Assembly: GCF_006345805.1 (NCBI RefSeq)
Contig: NC_043005.1
Location: forward strand, 65,038,001 to 65,102,000
DNA from: Octopus sinensis
Taxonomy: Eukaryota
Reading direction: 5' to 3'
Length of the DNA stretch: 64,000 nt
The notes under the pieces are model-generated. The model searched no databases and had not been told where the DNA came from. It saw nothing but the letters and a program-made list of their open reading frames with translations. Every line of letters starts with the position of its first letter. Position 1 is the stretch's first letter. The position numbers and the translations under genes were made by a program. This document shows, one piece after another, positions 12,781-25,426 of this stretch.

Positions 12781-12844
12781 AGGCTAATAAAAGAATTGAT
12801 TATAATTATTATTATTATTGTTGTTGTTGTTGTTGTTGTTATTA

Positions 12845-13250
12845 GGCGCAGGAGTGGCTGTGTGGTACGTAGCTTGCTTACCAACCACATGGTTCCGGGT
12901 TCAATCCCACAGCGTGGCACCTTGAGCAAGTGTCTTCTACTGTAGCCTCGGGCTGACCAAAGCTTTGTGAGTGGATTTGGTAGACGGATACTGAAAGAAG
13001 CCCGTCATATATATGTATATATATATGTACATATGTGTGTGTGTGTCTGTGTTTGTCCCCACACCCCAACATCGCTTGACAACCGATGCTGGTGTGTTTA
13101 CGACACCGTAACTTAGCAGTTCGGCAAAAAAGACCGATAGAATAAGTACTAGGCTTACAAAGAATAAGTCCTGGGGTCGATTTGCTCGACTAAAGGCAGT
13201 GCTCCAGCATGGCCCCACTAAAATGATTGAAACAAGTAAGAATAAAAGAG
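12845..13250 (+). mobile_element. tRNA-derived SINE family A (bipartite, internal TA/TG microsatellite)
   Basis: A box TGGCTGTGTGG, B box GGTTCAATCCC, conserved body, tail gctccagcatggcc..tgaaacaagtaagaataaaagag. Confidence 0.92.
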
Positions 13251-13259
13251 TTATTGTTA

Positions 13260-13313
<54 letters not shown>

Positions 13314-13353
13314 TATTATTATTATTATTATTATTATTATCATTATTATTATT

Positions 13354-13983
13354 GAGTGAGAGAGCAGTTCATGCCATCAAAGTGACACTAGGGTAAAATA
13401 TACGAAGCCCAATATACCTATCATGACTACCCGTCTGATAAGGGTACACCAGGCTGTTGCTGTTGTAGTTGCCGTTGCAACTGAACCACGAAATTAATGT
13501 GTCTTCCATGCTCAGAATGTCCACTGTGAGCTTCGAATGTCTCACAACCATATGTGCGCGATATGGTGATCTCATATCAAGATAAACAGCACATGACCTT
13601 GCAGGTGGGGCCCAGTTAGAATTTTCTTCAGGTCGAGTAGCCCATCCTGCTCAAAAGGACCCTGAATAAGGGTTGTTTAAGGATGTTGAAAGAACCACCC
13701 ATGTTTCCAGAGGTGAATTATTCAAACCCCAAAGAATCCCTCTCAACACATGACTATGATGCTCCCCCACTACTTCTGCTCGTGATCACAGATGCACGTA
13801 TCATCAACTACCAAGGGACATGCTCAACTGGTTATGGTCAAACAACTGACAAGCAAATCTGTAGTATTGAGCAGAATATTTGCTGTAGCCCATCTTTTAT
13901 ACCAAGACAAAACAATGTACATGATAACACTTCCAATCAGTTAAGATCAGAAGCCATGAGAGCCACTGCCTGGTACTGCATCA
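13354..13983. mobile_element. ~630-bp dispersed repeat flanked on both sides by (TTA)n, with a ~90-bp gag insert
   Basis: (TTA)n at ~13255-13353 and ~13984-14070. Homologous copies at 10842, 60383 and 61778. No ORF. Confidence 0.85.
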
Positions 13984-14063
<80 letters not shown>

Positions 14064-14520
14064 TATCATTAGTATTTGCACTGCTGTGCAAATAACAATA
14101 ACCCACCAGAGTGACTATTGTGAAGAAGCAGCTACACTCTCTGCCAAGAAAAGTGCAGTGTATGTATGCATGTACACAATTATGTATGTATGTATGTATG
14201 TATGTATGTATGTATGTATGTATGTGGGGATTATGTGTATGTGTGTATGTTTATAAGTTTGTATATGTATGTAGATCTACTCTCTCACCTCTTCTCTTAT
14301 TTGTTCTGAATTCATGTATACATATGTGTATATATACATATTTATATATATAATTATATATATACATTTATATATATATATATATAAAATTATATATATA
14401 CATATATATATACGCACGTACACCAGTGAATAATTAAAATATGTATTTGAACTTAGGTTGAGATTGTATATGAAGTATCAGAAAAACATACACAGATAAT
14501 TCTGAATTTATCAAGTTTAT

Positions 14521-14748
14521 TCATTGTACATTTTTTTCTTTCAGATCTATACATAACGTTTCTTCAGCATCCCATTGCGGGGAAACGCTATCTTGATCGC
14601 CTGGACTCACTCTGGCCATTCGCAGGGAGACGAGATGATAGTCTTCGTGAGAAGACTTCTGAAGACTCGGAGATCCGTGGGTACATTTTGTAGTTACACT
14701 TCTTGTTTCCATATGGTCTCGAACTTTCTTTGCTAGAGCTGCGCGAAC
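14521..14748 (-). CDS. Terminal coding exon (helix 8 and C-tail) of a class B1 CRF/DH44-type GPCR
   Basis: Acceptor ccaatttttcag|GTT, phase 0. VRAALAKKVRDHMETRSVTT...KNVQ* continues CFMNSD| exactly as CRHR1 NSE|VRSAIRKR. AATAAA overlaps the TGA. Confidence 0.82.
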   Translation of the reverse strand, partial: VRAALAKKVRDHMETRSVTTKCTHGSPSLQKSSHEDYHLVSLRMARVSPGDQDSVSPQWDAEETLCIDLKEKNVQ

Positions 14749-15039
14749 CTGAAAAATTGGAATATATTACTGATTAAGTTTTGAGAAATAAACATGCATG
14801 TCTGATAATCTGATAAGATGTGTATGGGTGTATAACTGAGTGAGGTTGCAGATTAAAAATAGGTACAAACATTTGTGTTTACGCTTTACTTTGCTTTAGG
14901 CATTACGGTCAAGACTACACTGGAGTATCACTATATAAATTCATTATGTAGCCAAAGGTTATTGAACCTATGTTCAATTCTGTTATGCGCTCCAGCCGAA
15001 ACTATGCTCGGACGCCGTGAGTATTTATCACATTTCCAT

Positions 15040-15790
15040 TGGCTAATCTTTTGCGATTAACTTTTGATAAAGGCGGACGTTTGATATTGCTACCCTCTTT
15101 TGAGTTTCTTTTCGTGATGTAGGTTCATGTGAGACCTCGGATATTAGGAGATCAAATTGTGTCTTGAAAGCATCTACCCAAATATATGTAGATCTCTGAC
15201 ATTTTTTGGGTAAGATATTAAATAGCTGTGGGCGTTTGAATCGTAAGCTATTGCGTGCCCGGTCCTCAAACAAGATGGGATACTTAGAGCCTTGGGAACA
15301 GTACAGTGACCACCAGTTCGGTGGCTGGTACCAACCCATCTAGGATCTTTCATATATATATATATATATATCACTGCATATCTCTCCCCTCATCGCTTCA
15401 GAGAGAAGAGTTGTAACTCTTTCAATCTCTCCTGGTTGCTCAACTGTCTTATTGATGCAATTTTCCTAGTGTAGCACCGCTGAACTGCCTCAAATTCCGC
15501 TATTAATTTGACACTGCCTACAGTTCAGAGCAGTAGTCCAGACAGTTGAGAGCCAATGTCCTCCATAAAACCAGCATAGTGTCCTGGTCTCTTGTTCTGA
15601 AATTTCTCAGAACCCATCAGGCCGTTCAACTGCACATTGCCACCATCTAGGGGATAAGTATATGAAACGAAGCGTCCTTGCTCATATAAATCCCCAGATC
15701 ACGCACTGTGTTTGACCCTGGGATTGCTACTCCTTTTCGGCCCAAATATTTTTGTTGCAGTACGTTAACTGGCTGCTAACATTAGTAAAG
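15040..15790 (-). mobile_element. Older degraded CR1-type LINE 3' fragment related to 3163-4878
   Basis: VRDLGIYMSKDASF, WVLRNFRTRDQDTMLVLWRTL, RPQLFNILPK and HEPTSR match the young copy. Many stops. Confidence 0.85.
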
Positions 15791-15852
15791 GTATTATCTT
15801 TGTATATGCACATACATATGGGTGTGTATGTGTATGTATGTTTGTATATATC

Positions 15853-15902
<50 letters not shown>

Positions 15903-15905
15903 ATA

Positions 15906-15946
<41 letters not shown>

Positions 15947-15951
<5 letters not shown>

Positions 15952-16105
15952 GTTACATTACTCAATTGTCAAGATAAAACTCTTCGGTTATCTGGCCATC
16001 TGAAAAACCAGATGGCCAGATAACCGAAGAGATGGTGTTGTGGATTTCCACTTCGGCATCTGAAACTCAGAGTTTTATCTTGACTATTGAGTAAATGTAA
16101 CATAT
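15947..16105. repeat. Fold-back (inverted duplication) of a PLE pseudo-LTR end
   Basis: Left arm 15947-16002 is the reverse complement of right arm 16009-16105, minus an internal deletion. Inner 23-bp perfect stem ctcttcggttatctggccatctg/cagatggccagataaccgaagag. Confidence 0.9.
16019..16079 (+). ncRNA. Degenerate type I hammerhead ribozyme motif
   Basis: gataa-CCGAAGA-gatg...catc-TGAAAC-tcaga-GT-T-ttatc. Helices I, II and III are recognisable, but core U4>C and H17=U make it probably inactive. Confidence 0.6.
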
Positions 16106-16180
16106 TATTTTATAGATAAATTTCCTCTCTTTACATAATATTGATGTCCCTTTCTTTCTTTTGTTATCTTACCGTTTTTA

Positions 16181-16222
<42 letters not shown>

Positions 16223-17422
16223 ATATATATACACTGTGAGTAACTTTTAATTTTTGAATATACCATTATAAATAACGTAACTTTTACACGTGTTTCACTT
16301 GAGACTGCTTGTATGTTATGCGGTAAACATTTTACTGATGAATGCATAATAACATTGAAACTCCAGATTTTGAAAAGAAAATAGTAATTCAATCCATTAT
16401 TATTTACCAACATGAGTTGGTTGACTGTCCTAAACATAGAACTGTATATAAACTGCAGAGAATATTGTTTTCATAGCATTTAAAAAAAAGGGCAATTATT
16501 TTATTGGAATAAGAGTCAGGATGTCTAAAGAAAAAGCTAAGGCAATTATGTAACAAGTTATAGACCAACGAATGTTCTAAGTTAACAATGACAGGTGACT
16601 TCGATGGTAGTTCTGTTGAGAGCCATCAGAAACTTAACGAAAAGCAGTCGTATACATCAGCACACCGAACATCCCACTCTCTCCCCCTCGTTTTCTCTCT
16701 CTTTCTTTGTCTTTCTTCTCACTCTTTCTCTCTCAGATACACACATCTAGACGTTTCGTAATCTAATGAAACTGAATGTAATCATATTGATCTGATTCTT
16801 TCATACTATAGTTTATACCAATTAGAGTTTAACTCGCGGTACATTAGAATATACATGGAACTCCAACGACAGCGGAAATTGCATGTGTCAAACATCAAAA
16901 GTTTAGCTATTTAACAAATACTACAATTCTTTAAATTCGTGTATTTATAATGAATTAGAAACCATTTATATTTACTTTTTAATAATTAACATTTATTATT
17001 TTAGTCCATGTCTGCTCAGCCAATCTTTCTCCCATAGACAGGATGTTCCTGAACGGAGATTAGTTCGTACAGAAGAATTCTGTTTATGTTTTCACAGACC
17101 TCGAGAGGAAGCATGATTAAATTGAGAAATTAGAAGTAATTGGTAAACTAATTTCCTTTAGTACTGGATTACGTTGATGACTTTTATTCTGTTATGTACG
17201 TAACCGCTTACACATACAACCACTGCAATAGAATATGCGTACATGCTTAAGCATCCGAACATGTGTCTGCGTTTGTCTGTGTGTAAGTGTTTGTATGAGT
17301 ACATACTTCATCGCATATCATTAATGTTGAAAATTACTAATAAGCACGTCTAAATCAATACCGCTTGATAACATGGTGTGGATAATCTAATATAGCTAAT
17401 GGTTTATGCATACGCATACATA

Positions 17423-17843
17423 CGTAGGAGTGGCTGTGTGGTAAGTAGCTTGGTTATGAACCACATGGTTCCGGGTTCAGTCCCACTGCGTGGCACCTTC
17501 GGCAACTGTCTTCTACTATAGCCTTGGGCCGATCAAAGCCTTGTGACTGGATTTAATAGACGGAAACTGAAAGAAGCCCGTCGTATATATGTATGTATAT
17601 ATATATGTATATATATGTATATATGTGTGTGTATATGTTTGTGTGCCTGTGTTTGTCCCCCCAACATTGCTTGACAACCGATGCTGGTGTGTTTACGTTC
17701 CCGTAACTTAGCGGTTTGGCAAAAGAGACCGATAGAATAAGTACTAGGCTTACGAAGAATAAGTCCTGGGGTTGATCAGCTCGACTAAAGGCGGTGATCC
17801 AGCATGGCCACAGTCAAATGACTGAAACAAGTAAAAGAGTAAA
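17423..17843 (+). mobile_element. SINE family A
   Basis: Full head, body and tail; matches 12845-13250. Confidence 0.92.
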
Positions 17844-18145
17844 TAGTATACACGATTTCCCCCCACCCTGACATATATGCATCATATATGTGCGCGTAAA
17901 TACATACATAAATTTTTACACACACACTCACACACACACACTTACACACTCACACACGCACGGACATGTACACACTCATCAACCCACACACGAACACACA
18001 CACGTACGCACCCACACATGTATGTTATCACATCTATACGCGTGCACAAATTCCTCTATAAAATATAAACCCCCAAACAAGCATAACCCTTGCCAGCATT
18101 AGAAAACCAATGACGGATAATAGCGCAAAATATGCTTGGTATATA

Positions 18146-18307
18146 GGCGCAGGAGTGGCTGTATGGTAAGTAGTTTGCTTACCAACCACATGGTTCCGGG
18201 TTCAGTCCCACTGCGTGGCGCCTTGGGTTAGTGTCTTCTACTATAGCCTCGAGCCGACCACCGCCTTCAGAGTGGATCTGGTAGACGGAAACCGAAAGAA
18301 GCTTGTC

Positions 18308-18369
<62 letters not shown>

Positions 18370-18612
18370 GTGTGTGTGTGTGTGTGTGTCTGTGTGTGTG
18401 TGTGTGTGTCTGTTTGTGCCCCCAACACCGCTTGACAACCGGCGGTGGTGTGTTTGCGTCCCCGTAACTTAGCAGTTCGGCAAAAGATAGAGATATAATA
18501 AGTACTAGGCTTATAAAGAATAAGAACTGGATCAATTTGTTCGACTAAAGGTGGTACCCCAGCATGGCCGCAGTTAAATGACTGAAACAAGTAAAGGAAT
18601 AAAATAATAAAA
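18146..18612 (+). mobile_element. SINE family A
   Basis: Full head, body and tail with long internal (TA)n(TG)n. Confidence 0.92.
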
Positions 18613-19959
18613 GAATTATATATGTAACAAAAACTAAGAAACCAAGAACTCCCTAACCAATTTTAACCAGACAAGAAGTAGAATTCCAGTGAAGCACTAT
18701 CTGGAAACAATCAACACCACACAAATAAATAAGCACATCAAATGTATACATTCCATCGTCTTGTTGCCAAGCAGATATCATTATCTTTTCGACACTTGGG
18801 TAATGTCATTCAAACTGGTGATGTCAACAGCGCTAAAAACAGAAACGCTGCCAGGTAATTAACACACAAGTGTAGGGTCCAAACACTGGCATGATTTGTC
18901 CATTATGACAACAACCTGTCTATTTTTACTAAACACATATTGAAACATTAAATCTCAAGTATAAATCGTAACATACTTATAACTAAGAAGCATGGAAACT
19001 AAAAAATAGAATATAGAAAACGGAGAAATATCATTGAATTGGACATTGCTACACCCAAGAGCCATGAACTTAGAAACCATAGATTATTAAAACGAACAAG
19101 CGGATTAAAGGTATTGAACTGAAGTTAGTGAACATAATCAAGAATACAGGTTCCAAATACATAAACGGGAAAGTAATAATAACTTAAGGAATAATCAGTC
19201 TAAAACTGTAAGCAAATAGATTAATTAAAGAACATGACCAAATAGATCTGTAAAACATACTTAAAATATAATAACATATTTAAAATGAACCAGACGTAAA
19301 CTAACAATCAGGCTTCGGTCATTTTGAAATAATACGACATCGGAATACACCAGTGCAGAACAATATCTATTAAATATAAACACTAACTGTAGAAAGTATA
19401 TTTACATTAATATTTTCACTTAGATTATGAAAAAATATAAATTTGTCTAAAACACACAAACCGTAACGAAAATACGTAAATCATAAAAGCATAATTAAAA
19501 CGAACTAGCTACAAGCAAACAGAATGACATGGCATTTATCACTTTAACTATCAGACATCAATTGTCTGCGACATGGGAATGAGCCAACGTAGACCTATGA
19601 TTATTAAATATACACTTAAATTGTAGAAAATGTATTTAAAATAATATTTCCGCCGAAAAAAATATACATAATATAAAATTAGTTAAAACAAACAAACCGA
19701 GATGTGGATATATTTTCTCAAGTAAATATTCAAAGTTATTGTATTTAGGAATAAAAATATTTGCAGTGGTCTAACTAAAACTTCTTCTTTTGGTGCATGT
19801 GTGTGTGGTGTGTGTGTGTGTGTGTGAAGAAAAAGGTGAGATCAGAATTTTGGATTATTATTTACGAGCATAACACCTCTCGGTGCTGAGTTGTCAAACA
19901 TTTAAACCAAATTTTCTGAAGACAACTTGTCCGACCGTCCCATAGGCCTTCCTTTTGAG

Positions 19960-20214
19960 AAACACTGATTTAACCTAAATTTGAGATATCAGCAAAAGAC
20001 GGATTTCGACTGATGTACTTGCGCGCACAAATGCACGTACCCACGGTTTTATCGATCGCATTTTCACCTGGAATCGATTTTTGTAATTTTTTGAAGAATT
20101 ATACCCGCCCTGATACCGTCGGTATCTACATATCAAATTTGAGCGCAATCGAATGGAGGATGCCCGAGATCCTAGAAGACACACAGACAGACAGAACGGA
20201 TTTTATATAATAGA
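19960..20214 (-). mobile_element. Possible non-autonomous Helitron-like element (5' part)
   Basis: Minus strand begins atctattatataaaatccgttctgtctgtctgtg and contains attgcgctcaaatttg, as in small Helitron-type elements. 3' CTAG end not found. Confidence 0.4.
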
Positions 20215-21399
20215 TTACACTTTCATCTCATTCGTTTCAGAGATTCATCAAATTTGCCTTTTACAGAAAACTTTTTACAAACCTGGAAGAATACTATTTT
20301 GTTATCAATATGCGTATGGTTGACAGAAACAGAATAGTAGCCGTTGGGTAAATTGTAGCTTCAATTCTTAACATTCTAGTCTTGTCGCACAGATTCCCTC
20401 ACTGGCTCTTCCTGAGAACTGCGTTAAGAATACATGCACCTGTCACATGTTCAGCTATTTACACTCACCTTAAGTCAGGAGCAGGAAATTTAGAGCAACT
20501 AAATACACATTGTCGAAGAAAAGCGACCTCTCATATCTACATATCCCACCGTGCACATACATATGTATATATGAATATATGGAGAGAAAGAGAGAATAAT
20601 TAGCTAGTTAGCTAAGTGAGTGGTGTGATTTTGGTTGTTTCAGAAAGAGAATAACCTCACTAAACAATGAAGTGAATGAGACACTATTACAGATAAAAGT
20701 ATCTACTTGTCGGGCATTGTTGGAAAATAATGAGGAACTTCTTAGTGACCTCGTAATATGAACGTCTCAAAATTGTGTTGGTTACCTTTTAAAGCCACAC
20801 ACCAATCAACTAACTTGTGATAATTTTATGTTACCAATGCCATTTTCCTGCTTAATGGCGACTAATAAGAACATACAAATACGAACAAGATCGACCAAAT
20901 AAGATGATGAAGACCATAATCATCACCAGCAGCAGCAGCAGCATGCCGTTCAGGAATTTGGACCAGGAGATCTCCATTTCCAGCGACTTCGATGGCCACC
21001 TCCCAGTAGTGTCGGGCTTCAACGAAGAGCCCTCGATTACAAGACAACCAAAGTCTTTTTTTCCAAGGTCTGGGGTCTTTCGCCCCTAAACCCTAGACCA
21101 TCACCTAATCACCCTTACCCGTCTTGTTGCTTAATAATAACAACAACAGCAGCAGCAGCAGTAGCAGTATTACATCATGATGATGATAATGAGGATGATG
21201 AAATGGAGTTTATTAAATCCATATATCCCTACTGAGACATTTCGTATGACTATATTTCGCGTATGCTTGTCATTTGTATTTATTTTCTGATATTCGCATC
21301 ATACACCCATGTGTTACAGATCGCTTAAGTGATTACGGCGTTTTACTTTTCCATCATTCAGGTATTCACTCTCTCCTTCTATAGCACATCTTTTCATTT

Positions 21400-21590
21400 C
21401 ATTTCATTTCTTCTGTCAAACGCAGGATACGCCCAATGGATTGTCGCCCTCGCCTGTTCACAATATTCTGTAAATTATCTTTCTCATCTCATTCTCTAAC
21501 TTCTTCGTTGCAGCATGATCTCTCCAGGAAATTATCAGTATTGTTAATTTCCTGGAGAGATTTTCTAAAGACTTCCTACGCACTGAAATG
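21400..21590 (-). mobile_element. RTE-type LINE C-terminal fragment with a 17-bp hairpin (21518-21561)
   Basis: ISWRDH..NEEVRE..LQNIVNRRGRQSIGRILR resembles an RTE RT C-terminus. Perfect stem atctctccaggaaatta/taatttcctggagagat. Confidence 0.5.
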
Positions 21591-21771
21591 TATACACGTG
21601 TATACATACAAACATACCACGCACACATGCATGCATATATATATATATATATATACATATACATACACCACGCCCATATGAATATATATACATATATATA
21701 TTATATATATATATATATATATAATATATATATATATAATATATATATATATATTATATATATATATATAT

Positions 21772-22094
21772 AGGAGCACTCTGTCGGTTGCGACGACGAG
21801 GGTCCCAGCTGATACGATCAACGGAACAGCCTGCTCGTGAAATTAACGTGCAAGAGGCTGAGCACTCCACAAACGTGTGTAATCTTAACACGTAGTTCTC
21901 GGGGAGATTCAGCGTGACACAGTGTGCGACAAGGCTGGACCTTTGAAATACAGGTACTACTCATTTTTGCCAGCAGAGTGGCTGGAGCAATGTGAAATAA
22001 AGTGTCTTGCTGAAGGACACAACGCACCGCCTGGAATCGAACTCACGATCTTACGATCATGAGCCGAATGCTCCTAACCACTAAGCCACGCACC

Positions 22095-22097
<3 letters not shown>
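21772..22097 (-). mobile_element. tRNA-derived SINE family B (tail type 1)
   Basis: A box TGGCTTAGTGG, B box GAGTTCGATTCC, core tgtgtccttcagcaagacacttt, tail ending ...gacagagtgctcc then (TA)n. Confidence 0.9.
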
Positions 22098-22175
<78 letters not shown>

Positions 22176-22815
22176 TCAGAGAAAGACAAAGAGAGAGCGA
22201 GAGATCAGTTATAAGATTCATTAGATTCCAGGCACGTCAATACGTAGGACACTAGAAATTACTAGATACAGTGAGGTAAAGCAAGCTTGAAGGTATCATG
22301 TGTTGTTAGGATACTGTAGATATTTTGGTACCAGATCCAATATAAACCGTCTTTCCAACTCAGAGCTGGTTCTGAGTTGGTATGGGAATAGAACTCAAAA
22401 TGTGTTTAAAATTTAGGACACCTGCTTCGGAATTTAATTGATATATTTATAGAATACATCTTTGCATGTAATCCACCATCATCAGGTTAAATTTTAAACA
22501 GGTATAAACAGGTGAGAAAATACTTCGATGATGACGAAACCAAACAACGGAAGAATACCATCAAGGAAAAGACACGACAGCTGAAGCTTGCTAAGGAGAT
22601 GACTAAGAGAATGCAAGAGGAATTCTTCAGTAGGTGAAGGATAACTCAGACCGACCTCACTTCCCAGCTCAGGTGAAGCATTAGTGGTTAAAGAGTGAAT
22701 TACCTGTGACCCTAAAATACCTGCTGAAGATACGAAAGAGTTTCCAGCACTTGCAAAATCTCTGAGGATCTCCTGAAATTTTTGTTTATTTCACACAAAC
22801 ACACACATACACACA

Positions 22816-23688
22816 CAGAGGGTGCGATGGGTAAATTGTCGCCATTTTATATTTTTAATTTCGTGCATGCGCATTGATTGTTTTTGATTTTGTTCACTAC
22901 ATAGTATGGTTGGGTCAGTTGGGCACCGCCTGAGAGAAAAACAGCACCATGATGCAATTAACTTTACTAGAAATTTGGAAAAATGCTTTACTACTGGACA
23001 TTCGCGCCGGAAGCTCCAATACTAACATTTCAGAGTGTTTGGGTGTCAGTCTGAGAACAGTGCAATCTGAGGACATGTTCCGAGAGTGATAAAAATCAAA
23101 CATCCAGTCAACATCATGGTGTTCGGCGTGATCACTAGTGATGGCGGGGTTATACCTCTATTCGTCTTCCCACACGGCCTAAGACTCAACACGGAGGCCG
23201 ACATCAAGTGCCTGGAGGAGGTAGTGCTTCTCCCGATCAAGAGGGTGGGTGCTGGAAGACCATATGTCTGGCAATAGGACCCTGCATCATGCCACACAAG
23301 CAGGAGACCCCAGTCATGGCTGTCAGACAACTTCTGTGACCAGGACACCCCTAACACCTGGCCACATAACTCCCCAGACTTATCTATGGGATGCAGTTGA
23401 GCGGGGGACCAACAGAACTCCTTGTAGCACCAAAGATGAACTGAAGGTAAGGATTATGGCAGCATTCACCAATTTAAAACAAGGAGACCGCCCAGAAAAG
23501 CTGCAGGAGATTCTGAAGTCGTCTGCTGGCCGTGGTTGGAGCCAATGGCGATTTTATTGAATAAATTTACTATTTAGTATTTCAAGATATTTTAGTGTAA
23601 TTTTGGTAAATATATCTGTTAAAATGAGATATCAGTGTTATTTCCATTTTTGCGTAATTTAGATGAAGATTTATTCACCGCACCCTCT
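22816..23688 (+). mobile_element. Internally deleted Tc1/mariner-superfamily transposon, maT/DD37D-like
   Basis: Imperfect TIRs agagggtgcgatgggtaaat / atttattcaccgcaccctct. Peptide IMVFGVITSDG..FPHGLRLNT..GRPYVWQ*D..CHT..QSWL..WP..YLWDAVE. Confidence 0.8.
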
Positions 23689-24702
23689 CTCTCTCCCTCT
23701 CTCCCTCTCTCCCTCTCTCTCCTCTCTCTCTCCCTCTCTCTCTTTCTCCCCTTTATACACGCACACACACACACACATATATTCTACATCTATATTTCAT
23801 AATTATATTTTATATTTAAATATGTCTATGTATTACCATTATCTTATTAACCTGCTTTTGTTCCATTGCTTCAAATCAATAAATAGAATGTATATCTTTC
23901 CAGATATTCCATATGTATGTAACTTGAGTAGTCCATATAGAAACCACCGAATAATTAATTAATTAAGTAAAGAAGAGGTATTAAATTCATTCTCCATAAT
24001 AGTAATTTTCCTTTTAATGTTTATAATTGATACATACACACCTTTTAGCTATTTATGTTATGATATCATTTTCTTGAAGTTTTAAATTTATTTCATTATT
24101 TATACAACATAATGATATTGCTTATAAACGTTCCCCCATCGAGCCGCTAATGATATTTTCCCTGTATTTCATTATAGCATCTTAAGTTTCATAGTGATTT
24201 GCTCCTTTAACTGGTAACTATCATCATGAATTAAAGTCAACCAATACCCTGCCTTTTTATTTATAGACAATTACCTCTATCTAATTGACACTTTCTAAAG
24301 TTTTGTTTCTTTTCTCTTGTGGGTAAGGGGATACCTCTGAGAGTATTTATGAGCAATTGCTAGCTATGAGCTGTCAACTCACATTTGTTCTGTAATCTAA
24401 ATATACACAGTCTTCTAGTCTCAGATTTTAGTAGATGATAAAGAGATAAATAAATTGGAAATGAATTACAACCCTCTTGCTACAATAGCCATAACATGAA
24501 TTTCTTCCATCTTCTTATCCTGTTAAAACATTTAAGAAAAATTATATTAATGTATCCTACTTGTTGAAATTCCATATATATATTTGTGCAACTGAAGATA
24601 ACGCTGTATTTAAACTGATGTAATGACTGCATTGTTCAATTACATAGAGCCGCTTGAAACGGTCGTACTGCATAACTACTTGATATCCTGTTGCTTATTT
24701 TG

Positions 24703-24737
<35 letters not shown>

Positions 24738-24835
24738 ATATAATATAATATTATACAGTATAACATAATATAATATAATGTAATATAATATACATACACA
24801 CATTCATGCTTACATACATGGATAAATACATACAT

Positions 24836-25145
24836 ACACGATGGCTGCCCCTCGTTATCGAGTATGGCCATTGTACGAAGCTTAACTGCTGTTGCTGCAG
24901 TGATCGAATGTGACTTGTATCTGCTTTTTAAGGCTACAGCCAGCCATTCAATTGAGACTCACAGCACCATCAACAATCATGAATAATGTTGTTATCGTGC
25001 AATGCCTGTGCAAGAATATTTTTTTTAGAGTGAGGGAAGGCTGTGCACTGAGTCAATCCCACTCAAAAAGCAACAGCAGCCATATTCCGAAAAGAAGAAC
25101 AAGTCAACATCATCGGTAACCACTGAGCCGCAGAATTTATGTCGG
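24836..25145. repeat. Unclassified dispersed repeat (copy 1)
   Basis: cctcgttatcgagtatggccattg..agcaacagcagccata.tccgaaaagaagaacaagtcaacatcatcg is shared with 32391-32610. Confidence 0.8.
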
Positions 25146-25344
25146 AGTTATCCCAGTTACCTGAGTTACCTTCTCCTAGAAGGATGCCCTAACAAAGGCT
25201 AGGAGTACTTCACTCCCAATGGTTTAACAGCGCGATCGGGTATTCAGTCCGATTATTTCTGTTCCCGCGCATGATACAGCCGTAAGCCTTAAGAATGAAA
25301 AAAACCCCACATTTATCGGATGGCCGTTGACTCTCAAGAGTCAT

Positions 25345-25378
<34 letters not shown>

Positions 25379-25391
25379 ATATATACACACA

Positions 25392-25424
<33 letters not shown>

Positions 25425-25426
<2 letters not shown>

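Noticed and set aside
12845-12920. tRNA gene calls at SINE heads
   Set aside because: A and B boxes are present, but there is no complete cloverleaf and each runs into a SINE body.
13900-13983. HDV-like ribozyme at the fixed end of the TTA-flanked repeat
   Set aside because: Only one P4-like stem was found; P1, P3 and the catalytic C could not be assigned.
16330-16375. CTGATGA...GAAAC hammerhead-like motif
   Set aside because: Helices I and III do not pair convincingly.
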